A stretch of DNA of 64,000 nucleotides from NCBI GenBank assembly GCA_004431415.1, contig QPMI01000252.1, positions 1-64,000 of the forward strand, in the 5' to 3' direction. This document shows positions 21,639 to 32,208 of the stretch, piece by piece (positions within the stretch are counted from its first letter, which is position 1; every line of letters begins with the position of its first letter). The DNA comes from Cyanophora paradoxa CCMP329. Taxonomy: Eukaryota; Plantae; Glaucophyta. The translations under genes and the position numbers were made by a program. The notes beneath the pieces were generated by a model. It made no database searches and was not told where the DNA came from. It saw only the letters and a list, made by a program, of their open reading frames with translations.

Positions 21639-23214
21639 TCAGGGGCTCTCGCCGGAGTCGTCGGAGTCGCGGTCGTCGTCGTCGAGCTCGGCGTCCTCGT
21701 CCTCGTCCTCGTCCTCGTCCCCCTCCTCCTCCTCGTCCTCCTCGTCCTCGTCCTCGTCCCCCTCATCCTCGTCGAGCTCGGGGCCCTTGGCGGCCGTCGC
21801 GTGCACCGCCGGGGGCCCGACCGCCCCCGCCGGCTTCTGCGCGGAGAGGGTCGCCGCCCCCTCCAGCCCCAGCGCCCCGCGCGAGGCCTGCAGCTCCGCC
21901 GGCGCCTCCAGCCCCGCCGCCGGCAGCCCGGGGCCGGGGCCGGGCCGGGGCCGGCCGAGGGCGCCGGGGCCGGGGCGGAGGCCGGGCGGGGCCTCGCGGG
22001 GCGGCTGCGCGCCCTCGAGTTCCTCGGCGGGGGCGGGGCGGTGGGGCCGGTGGGCGTGGGCGGGCGGGGCGCGTCGCGATCGGCGAGGCGCGAGCCGAGG
22101 GCGCCGACGGCGAGGCCGACGCCGAAGCCGGCGGTGCCGGCGAGGGCCATCTCCTCCGCCGCCGCCGCCCCGGGCGCCGCCCCCGTATGCCGCGGCCGCG
22201 GCGACGCGTACGACGCGTGCCGCTCCGCCCCCGCCTCCTCCGGCGCCTCCTCGTCCACCTCCACCCCGCGCCTTCGCGGCCCCGGGCCCGCCGGCGCCGC
22301 GTGTCCGTGCGGCGATGCCGCCGCGGCCGGCGCCCCGCACGCGTACGAGCACGCGTAGGGCCCCGGGGCGCAGGGGCCGTGCCCGGCGTGGGCCGCGCCC
22401 GTCCCTGCCTTGCAATTGGCGAGCAGGGGCGCCCGCTCCAGCTCCTCTCGCCCCGCTCGCCTACAGCTCGCGTCAGCGCATGCGCAGGCCCCCCGCCGGC
22501 GATCATCGGATCACAGAGACTGAGAAGAGCCTCTTCCGCACCTGCCGCAGAGGAAGCAGAGGCCCGCGATCCCCGCACTCGCAAGCACTAGGCCGGCCCC
22601 TGCAGCAAAACACGATTCCGTACGCGTAAGTATTCGAAAATCAGGCATAACTGGTGAACGCGAAGAAGCTTCATGATCAGCGAACCGCCGATTACGAGGC
22701 TGAGATGGCTTTCTTCTTTAATTTCCTTCGAGCCTCCTCCCATGGACTGGGCCTCCTGCTCCCCTGCTCGCGCCGCCAACCGGATCAAATTCTCGTGATC
22801 GATATCTAAATGCCTTTTCCAACGGGCGCTGCACCTTCGATCCCAGAAGTGGCTTGTCCAGGCAAGCACCGGAAAGACTTTGGCATAAACTTGGAAAGAT
22901 GAAATGGGGTGCAGAGGCTCGCGCCGACGCAGCAGATGGACGTCCGATCGGCGGAGGATTCTACCTCGGTCGGGTAAGCCGTCCGGTCACGTACGTCAAA
23001 CTTGCTTCAACGAGCAGGTGATTAAGCTCGCACCTGCTGCAGTCGCGCAACAGTGGATCATCTGCGCGCCGACCGCTGTGCCGGAACATACGCCAGATCG
23101 GCAGCAGTCGTCGCATTCGGACGAATTCAGAGCCGCGGTTGCGTCTGCGGCGACGACGACCGCCAGCGCCAGGCCCAGAGCGCCAGCCAGGACGAGCCTT
23201 GCCACATGCCGCAT
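21639..23214 (-). CDS. Hypothetical type I membrane protein: signal peptide, Cys-rich ectodomain, one TM helix, low-complexity acidic tail
   Basis: MRHVARLVLAGALGLALAVVVAADA, ECDDCCRSGVC..IHCC|..ICCVGASLC, then SLVIG|GAGLVLASAGIAGLCFLCG|RRAGR via four frame-preserving GT-AG introns; ends in a poly-D/E tract. One probable homopolymer frameshift near 22265. Confidence 0.6.
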
Positions 23215-23306
23215 TTTGGCTGTACCCGTTGTTTTTGGGGGTACGCGTGCTTCCGCATCGCCCGTCTCTCTGTCTGCAAGCCCCGGCGTAGGCGGAATCG
23301 AAGCGT

Positions 23307-24672
23307 ATGGCGGAGGCGGGGGAAGCCTCGCCGGCGAAGGCAGCCGATGGCGGAGGCGAGGATGTCCAGCAGAGGCCGAGCGAAGCTGACGTTGTCGATA
23401 GGAAGGCGAACCGGGAGCGCGGTGATCGCAAGGAGAGCCGACGGAGCCGCAGCCGGTCGAGGTCGCCCAGCCGGAAGAAGCGCTCTCGTTCGCGGTCGAA
23501 GGACAGGCGGCGGCGGCGGCGTAGCAAGTCGCGTTCGCGTAGCAGAGACCGTCGTTCCCGTTCTCGCAACCGACGTTCCCGCTCCCGTTCGCGAAAGGAT
23601 GGCAAGGATGGCACGCCCAATGACAAGACCCCTGGACAGCCTGCCGAGCCTGCACAGCCGTCTCCGGAAGAGCTAGCGGCGAGGGAGGCCGAGCGCGAGC
23701 GAGCGGAGGAAGAGCGGAAGGTGCGCCGGACACGGGCCAACCCATTGCACCGCGAAGCTGACGCGCTCGCTGGGCAGGCCCGCGAAGCTAAGGAGAAGGC
23801 GGATAGGGAAGAGCGCGAGCGCAAGGAAGAGGAGAACATGTCAGAGCTTGACCGGTTGAGGCGGCAGAAGCTGCGCGAGATCCAAGTGCAGCGCGAGAAC
23901 GAGATGAAGTGCGCACAGCCATTCGCATGCTGCGGCCTGGCTCGGGCCGACCCGGCTGCGCGCGCAGGGCGGAGCGGGAGTTTCGCGAGCGCGAGCGCCA
24001 GTTCGAGGCGAGGGAGCGCGAGAAGGCCCGGGACCGCGAGCGGGAGCGGGAGCGGGACAAGGACCGCATACGCGAGGAGGAGAGCGCGCGGCGGAGGTGC
24101 GCCCGGCGCGTGCCGCGTCGGCGTGTTCGCGGGGGCCGATGCGGGGCCGGGGCGCAGGTACCGGGAGTCGAGCTCGGAGGAGGACGAGCGGGACCTGTCG
24201 CCGCGGCGCGTGAAGCGGCGCGAGGAGCGCCGCGCCGAGCGCCGCAAGCTTCGCCAGAAGGAGCGTGAGGAGGACGAGCTCGACCGCCAGGTCGAGGCCG
24301 AGGTGCCGCCCCGCCCGCGCCCCGCGGCCCGCGGCGGGCTCCGCCGACGCGCCTGCGCAGGACGTCAAGTGGGAGGAGGAGGAGGCGCGCCGGCGGGAAG
24401 AGAAGGAGCGCCTGGCGCGGGAGCGGGCCGAGGCGGTGCGGGGGGTCCCGAGTGGGCGGGGCGCGGGGGCGGGGCTGACGGGCGGGGCAGGAGGCGGAGC
24501 GGAAGCGGAAGGAGGCGGAGGCGGCGGCGGCGGAGGAGCGGCGGCGGTTCGAGGAGCGGATGATGGCGGAGCTCGCGGCGCAGGAGGCGGAGCGCAAGCA
24601 GAAGGAGGCCGAGGCCGAGGCGCGCGCCGCCGCCGAGCGCGCCGCCCGCGCCGCCATCTTCCAGGACTACGC

Positions 24673-24706
<34 letters not shown>

Positions 24707-25426
24707 GCGATGCAGGGGCAGGCGGGGGCGGGGGCGCGGGGCTCGCCGGACGAGGACGTGGAGATGGACGTGGGGGGCGGGGCGCCCTCGCCGCCCCCCG
24801 TGGCGATCGTCGGGGGCGTGCGGCTGGCGCCGGGGCGGCGCGCCGGCCCCGTGAAGTCGGTCTTCCGGGTGGAGGACGACGAGTCGGGGACGGGCCCCAA
24901 GGCCAAGAAGCGCACCCTCGTCACCCTCGACGACGACGGCATGCCCGCCAAGCTCCCCGCCGCCCCCGCCCCGGCCCTGGCCCCGCCCGCCCTCTCCCCC
25001 GGCGACTTCGCCGCGAAGGCCGCAGCCGCGCTGGCGGCCAAGGCGGCGGAGAACCCGGCGGCGGCGGCGGCAGCGGCGGCGGCGGCGGCGGCGGCGTTCG
25101 CTGCGAAGCTGGGGAAGAAGAAGGGGGAGGAGGAGGCGCCGAAGAGCGACCGGGAGGTGCTGGCGACGGCGGTGGACTGGGGCGCGCTGGAGGGGGCGGG
25201 GGCGCTGGAGGGGAGCGTGCGGGCGTGGGTGGCCCGCAAGGTGGGCGAGCTGCTGGGCGAGGAGGAGGCGACGCTGATCGACTTCATCGTGGGGAAGCTC
25301 AAGGCCCGCTCCGACGCCGCCTCGCTGGCCCAGCAGCTGCAGCCCGTCCTCGACGAGGACACCGACGCCTTCCTCGTCCAGCTCTGGCGCACCCTCCTCG
25401 CCCAGGCACGCGCCGCTAAGAAGTAG
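23307..25426 (+). CDS. RBM25: RBM25/Snu71-like splicing factor (RS region, RE/RD-rich region, C-terminal PWI domain)
   Basis: VDWGAL...VRAWVARKVGELLGEEEATLIDFIVGKL...LQPVLDEDTDAFLVQLWRTL is an RBM25-type PWI domain; mixed-charge RE repeats upstream. Confidence 0.8.
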
Positions 25427-25922
25427 CCCCCCCCCAGCGTTGTCCCCCTGCAGCGCCCCGCGCCTCGTGTGTGTCGCACGGTCAATTGCAATTGATGGAC
25501 AACTCTCAGCGCCATAGCATACAAAGCAACCCTCTACAAGCTTAAGGCCAAGCTAACCATTTTTTGAAAACGAAAACAGGCGATCTGCGCCTGCGCTTAC
25601 GTATACTGTGATCGAGCACGTGCAGCGTCCGCTGGGAGCGCCGAGCTACGCGGGGGCCACTCGGAAGGACGATAAGGAATTTGAAATCTTTACACTTGCA
25701 CTTTACAAGAGATGCGACGAGGCCCTACGTAGACGACTCCAAAAATGGATGGCGGGACGACTGCCGAGAACTGCCCGAGGGGAGAAGCGAACCGCAAGGG
25801 GACTAGGATAGACAGGACACAACAGGGGAAAGCGAGGGGGGGAAGATAGAAAAGAAGGGCACCCAAAAAGGGAGAGTGGCGGGGCGGGGCGGGGCGCCGC
25901 GCCGCACGGGCGGGCGGGCGGC

Positions 25923-28085
25923 TCAGCCGAGCTTGGCGCCGATGATCTTCTCGCACTTGGTGAGGATGTGCTTGCCGTACGTGTACTTCTTGAGCATGGC
26001 CGCGTTGTTGCGGACGAGGGAGAGCACGTACTCGCGCTGCCGGTCGTCCGACACCTCCTGCGCGCCCCCCGCCGCCCGTTACCTCCCCGCAGCGCCCGCC
26101 GGCGGCGAGGGCGGGCGGCCGGGGCGGCGCACGATGATCTTCTGGATGACGTAGTTGCCGAACTGGTCCCGCATCATCGCCAGCAGCGGGTTCCTGCGCG
26201 GCGCGTCGGCACGTGCGGGCGGCGTGGGCGCGGGGCGGGGCGGGGCGGGGGCCGCACGGGTCGGAGCGGGTGCCGAGGATCTCCTCCACCATCGAGTGCT
26301 TCTCCTCGTCCGTCCCTGCAGCGTGCGCCCGCCCGTCGGCCCGGCCCGGGGCGGGGCGGGGCGGGGCGGGGCGGGGGGTGTCGGACCGAAGCCGAGGCAC
26401 TTCTCGATGACGTTGGAGGCGAACTTGTGCTGGGAGAGGGGGAGGACCTGGCCCCGCAGCTTCGAGATGATCCCCGTCCGCTCGTTGCGGTCCCCGTGCT
26501 CGAGCACGTGCTGGATCACGTAGTTGCCGTACTGGTCCTGCACGAGGGAGGCGGCGTTGCGGAGGATCTCGTCGAGGATGGGGTTCTTCTGGTAGGGGAG
26601 GCAGTGCTCGAGGATGCGCTGGATGACGCGGCAGCCGTACGGGTGCGTCGCCAGCATCAGCACCGAGCCCCCGAACGAGTCCACGATGAACTGGATCACG
26701 TTCGGCGCCACCCGCTCGATGCACTTCTGGATCACGTGGTTCCCGTTCTGGTCCTTCACGCACTTCATCACGTGCCCGTCCAGCTCCCGCACAAGCGCCT
26801 CCTGCTGCTCCTGCGGGGGCGCCTCGGCCGGCGGCGCGCGGGAGAGGGCGGGGCGGGGCCGGGGGGAGGGCGCCGGGGCGTGCGCACGGGCTCGATGACC
26901 TCGAGGGCCTTCTGGATGACGCGGCAGCCGTACATCTGCAGCGAGAGGGCGAGGACGTGGCCGACGAGCTGCTGGGCCAGCGCCTGCGTCTCGCTGCGGG
27001 TGCCGTGCTCGAAGAACTTCTGGATGACGTAGTTGCCGAAGACGTCGGTCATGAGGCGCAGGCACTCCGGGTAGACCTCGGCGAAGACGAGCTGCTTGTC
27101 GGCGTCGGTCGCCGTCTCGAGCTTCTGCTGGATGAAGCGGGAGCCGTGCTGGTCCACGCTGAACTCCACCACGTGCCCCGCGATGTCCCGCAGCTCGAAC
27201 TTGCGGCTCTTGTTGTTGCGGAACTCCTCCAGCAGCGAGGAGCGCGGCTTGTCGTCCTCGGGCATGCCGGCCATCGCGCCGTTGCGCATCGGCGAGAGCG
27301 GCATCGGCGGGGAGCCGTACTTCGGGTCCTTCCCCCGCCGCTTCATCCCGCCGAGGTCGTCCGGCAGGCGGCCGCCGCGGAAGGGCGGCGAGGCGGGGGC
27401 CCCGGGCGGGCCGAGCGGCCCCAGGCCGAAGGGGTCCGAGTCCCAGAGGTCCTCGGGGCGGCCGAGGGGCACCGGGGCGCCGTAGGGGCCCCCGGGGGGC
27501 ATCTTCCCCATCATCCCCATCGCCGGCACCGTCGGCACCCCGTTCGGCTTGCCCATCGGGGGCATCCCCGGCGGGAAGCCCATCATGCCGAGCATCGGCA
27601 CCGGCGGCGCCGCCGCTGCCGAGACGTCAGCCTCGCGCAGGGCAACGGAGGGGGGCGAGGAGAGGGACGGGCGGACTCATGCCGTAGGGAGGCGGGTACA
27701 TCATCTGCTGGGGCAGGCCGGGTGGGGCGAAGAAGGGCGGCATCCCGTACGCTGCTGCCGCGGCGGCGGCGGCGGCAGCGGCCGCCTGTGCCTGGGCTTG
27801 GGCCTGGGCCTGAGCCTGGGCTTGTGCAGAGCCCGGCGGATACGCCCGCATGCCGTTCTGCATCTGCTCGCGGGTTCAGGGTGGGCCCGATCACCGGCAG
27901 CGCGCGACAATCCCCGAACCTGCATGACGACATCGTGCGGGATGCCCTGCAGATTGGAGAAGGAATCGTGAGGAAGGCGCGGGGCGCGGGGCGCGGGTCG
28001 CGCGGGCGCGGACCTGGGCGTAGAGGTACTCGGAGAGGTCGTCGCCGAAGGGGGGCGGCGGCATCCCCAGGCTCGTCAGGCCCAC

Positions 28086-28118
<33 letters not shown>

Positions 28119-29587
28119 AGCAGCAGCTGCCGCGGCGGCGGCCGCGGCGGCCGCCGCCGCGTGCGGGATGGACGGGACGGTCGGAAGCGGAGCACCGACC
28201 GCGGCCGACGCAGCGACAGCGGCGGCAGCAGCGGCCGCTTGCCTCTGCTGGTTCTCGACCATCGCCTCCACTAACCTCCTCTGGTCAGCGCTCTGCCGGA
28301 GGGAAGCACAAGTGAGACGGGTGAAGCGAGCGAGGGCCGGGGGGAGAAGGACGCGCGGCGCGGGCGAACCGCGGCAAGAGGGGCCTCATTGAGCGAGAGG
28401 CCGTTCATGCGAACGTCGAGGGCCCCCGCCTGGGCGTCCATGTACTGCGCGCTGTGCCCGCCAGCATTCCCGAGCGCAGCCTTGCCGGCCAGCGCCCCGC
28501 GCGCGAAGCTCCCCGGCGAGGGAGGGTTGTTGTCGAGGACGGGCGCGGGCATTGCGGGTTTTGCAGCCACTCCCCCTGAGGGGTGGTTGGCGCACAAAAG
28601 GAAAGGGAAGAAGAAGGACGCAGCGAACCTGTCGCAGAGGGGCTTGCGGGGCGCTGAGGAACCGCCAGATTGCCCGCCAGCGCCTTGTACACGGGCGATG
28701 GAGTGCGCGGAAAGTCCTCCTGGATGCGGTCGACGAGGGAGGACTTTGGCCGGCTGCCGACAGGAGCCTGGATTCCGGCTGCGCCTGCTGATAAAGCAGC
28801 AGCAGCCGCCGCAGGCAGACCGAGCGTTGATGCCAAGTCGTCCCTTCCCGCTCCGGGCCGACCCTGTGACCGGTCAACTTCGTGTACGTGAGCGCTGGGC
28901 GCGCGGGACATTGATTCACCACGTTCATCGCAGCTAGTTCCTTCATAGCGTCCTGTGCGTCCTTCTCTGCATCCGCGGAGCGAGCTGGGCAGCGATAAGT
29001 GGTTCGCAACAGTCACGAGTGTACGTGGCCGCACTCTGGGCGAGGCGCGCTTGGTGCCATGATCGCCAAGAGAACAGAGGAGGAGGGAGCCTGGTCAAAA
29101 GAAGTAGCGGGAACTTGTGAGCGCCGCGCCCGGAGGCCGATCACCACGTAGTCGGGCAAGAAGATGCGCACCGTGGGTCAAGATTACGCTGAGAAGTGTA
29201 GTATGCGTAGTACGCGGGATCCGCGCGGGGGTCCTCCGGATTCACGAGCTCGGGCGAGGGGGGCGGCTGCGTGAATGCCATTGGAAAGGAAGGGAAAGGT
29301 GCGATCAGCGGTTCGTCGGATAAGCATGTAGGAATGCAGTGGAGGCACCTGATCGCTGACAGATGGGGGGGCGCTCGAGGGGCGCCCTGGACCACCAGCG
29401 CGAAGTGCTGCACGTACTCTCACGTGAGTGGGGGCGTCGCGGGCGATGTGGGCGCGCCCCAGTCACGGATCTCACCCTCGATCGCTTTAGAGACGATGCT
29501 CGGCCGCTCGCGGGGTGGCTCCATCCCCTCTCCTGCTTGCATGGCGCTGCGTGTAAGGGCCGCTGCGTGGAGAGCCACGGAGGACAT
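25923..29587 (-). CDS. PUM: Pumilio/PUF RNA-binding protein, 8 repeats, plant APUM1-6-like N-terminal motifs, start uncertain
   Basis: Repeats SRFIQ, NYVIQ, CRVIQ, NHVIQ, CRVIQ, NYVIQ, SNVIE, NYVIQ; C-terminal KKYTYGKHI; N-terminal [22 protein letters not shown] and [18 protein letters not shown]. Confidence 0.93.
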
Positions 29588-29787
29588 GAAAGCTGAGTGC
29601 GTTGATGGAGAGCTCAGCAGCCCATCCTTCCTGCTTTTGCTGGCCTTCGGCCTCTGCTGCGCAGCGAGCGCAGTGTACCCCGCGCAAGCCGGTACGGGTA
29701 CGTCGTCCGGCCGCTCCTCGCGGCTGGCTGTTTCGCGGCCTTGTACGCACGAAATCGACGCCGGCCAACACAGCTGTACATGGCAGA

Positions 29788-31899
29788 ATGGACGAAGAGA
29801 GCCTTTTCTCAGGTTCCGCTGCTTTTTCACTAGCGACTTCTGATGCACTGATCCGCCCGCTTGTAGCTGTTCTAGACGAGCTCGGAGAGGTGCGTCGTAG
29901 AACCCGGGAGCAGGCCGAGACGTCCTTCGAAATCGCGCAGCGCATCGGCACCCTCACCGAAATCGGAGCGGTGAGTGCTCGGATAAGTGAAAGAAAGATG
30001 TCCTGTTCTTAGCTAAGCTTCTTGAAAGATACACGCGAGCCCCGGGCGTGCGCTGGCGTCCAGCGCGTCGGCCGCGGCCCAAGCGGACGCCGCGGCGGCC
30101 TCTGCAGCATACTCCGGATTCCATTCCGGCGCGAGCCACTCCCAGGGGCTGCCGAATGCGTACCAGCCGGCGCTGCGGAGGCCGGCGTCGGCGTCAGCAG
30201 TCGGGGCCACGGACGCGGCCCTGGTGAGCCGCATGGAGCAGCTGGAGGAGCGCCTGAGGAGCGTCGAGCGGGAGAATGGCGACTACAAAAGAAGGCTGCA
30301 GCAGACAGCCTCCGAGCTGCAGACGCTGCAGAGCCGCCCCGCAGCAACTTTCGCGAGCTCGGCGGGGCGGGCCAGCGCGGGCGAGATGAGCGCTGCCGCT
30401 GGCCGCGACGCGCTCGCGTTCGGCGCGACGGAAGCCTCACGTCCGCCGCGCCCCCCCTCCCCTCCTTCCCTCGGCCCCGACCGGGCCCTCCCTTCCGCCT
30501 CCCCCTCCTCTCCTCCTATGCCTTACACCACTGGGTTCTACGGCCCCCGCCTCGCCGATCGGTCTGCTCTTTTTCTTTCCTCGGCGCCTTTGCCCGCTGG
30601 ATCGGGCGGCAGGTTCATCCCGGGGAGCGGGCCGTGCGCGTCGTGCGCGCTGCGGGACCGGGAGATCGCGGCGCTGCGGGAGCGGGTGCGGGAGCTGCAG
30701 CAGCGCAACTTCGAGCTGCAGCTCGAGCAGGAGCGGGGCCTCCAAGAGCAGCGCCAGCAGGCCGGCGAGCAGCGCGCCCAGCAGGAGGGCGCCCGCTCCG
30801 AGGAGGTCCGCCCCCGCCCCCCCGGGGCCGCCGCTGGCGTCGCTGAGGGGCGCGCAGGCGGCGCTGCTGGAGGAGGCGCGGGCGGACATCCGCGAGGCGA
30901 CGGGCGCCATCGAGCGCCTTGAGGCCTCCCTCGCCGCCGAGCGCCGCCGCGCCGCCGCCGTGCCCCCGCCCCGCCCGCCCCGCCCGCCCGCCCCGGGCCC
31001 CGCCGCGGGTCCTGCCTGACGCCCCCGCAGGCCGAGGAGGAGGCGGGGGAGCTGCGGGCGCGGCTCGCGCACGCGCACGGCAAGGGCAAGGGGAGCGCGG
31101 GGAGCGGGCACAGCAAGGGCAAGGGGAGCGCGCACGGGCACTCGCACAGGGCGTGCCCGTGCGCCTCCTGCCTCGAGGAGAAGGAGCGCCTGCGCGCCGC
31201 CATCCGGGTGCGTGCCGGCCGGCCCGGCGGCGGGGCGGGGCCCGGGCCGAGGCGGGGCGGGGCGGGCCCGGGGCAGGTGCTGGCGGACCAGCGGGACGCG
31301 GCGGTGGCGCGGGCGGGGGCCTCGTCTCGGAGCTCGACCGCACCGTCGAGGAGCTCGCCTCGCGCACCGTCGAGCTCGGCGACGAGCACCGCCGCCGCGC
31401 CCGCGACATCCTCCGCCCCTTCGCCCCGCGCCCCGCCGACCGCCCCCGCGAGCGTGAGGCGCCGCCCGAGGAGCGCGGCGGGCGGGCGGCCGCGCGGTCG
31501 GCGGCGCGGCGGCGGGGCAGCAGCGTCTCGGAGGGCAGCCTCGAGGCGGAGGAGGAGAGCTGGCGGACGACGGCGCGGAGCCCTGCTCGCCCGCCGCCCC
31601 GCTCGCCCTCGCGCACCCGCGACCGCGACTGGGAGGAGGCGGAGGAGGGCCGGCGGCGGCGGGACCGGCCGCCGCGGCGGGAGGAGGAGCGGGAGGAGCG
31701 GGGCCAGTGTTACTACGTGAAGAAGGCCGGGGAGGAGGCGCGCGGGGACCCGCGGGCGGAGGTCGACCGCGCGTACAAGCTGGTCTCCGTGTGGCGGGAC
31801 CGCGTGCACGCCCTCGAGGACGCCGTGCGGGGCGACCCGGGCGGGCGGCCCCGTCGCCGCCCCCTCTCGACCCGCGACGACCCGTACGACTTCAGGTAG
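29788..31899 (+). CDS. Hypothetical coiled-coil protein with two CxxC motifs and a His/Gly-rich repeat
   Basis: MDEESLF...; MEQLEERLRSVERENGDYKRRLQ; CASCALRDREIAALRERVRELQ; HGHSHRACPCASCLEEKE; GT-AG introns; ends PYDFR*. Confidence 0.6.
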
Positions 31900-32208
31900 C
31901 CCCCGCGGCACCCCGGCCGATGCGCTCGTCAATTTAGCTCTCCGTGGCTCATTCCTCGAATGCATCGCTTTGATTGATTGAAAGGTACTCAAAAACTGCC
32001 TACAGTAGCACACGCTGCGCGGCGGGGCACACGGCCTGTCGAAGCACAAGGGGGGTACACTCCGGGGCGGGGCTGCGCCTCCGGAAGGAAGGTTGACGAG
32101 ACTGGCGAAGTGTGTTGGAGGGTCAAGACGACATAGGGTAGCAATTGGATGTTGGTCGAGGGAAGGGGCAGGCGCCCCTGTCGCCGGGGGGCGCGGAGCG
32201 GAGCGCCC

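Noticed and set aside
25687-25707. Pumilio autoregulatory elements in its own 3'UTR (TGTAAAGT, TGTAAAGA on the minus strand)
   Set aside because: They do not match UGUAHAUA at position 7, and could equally be UGUAA-type poly(A) signals.
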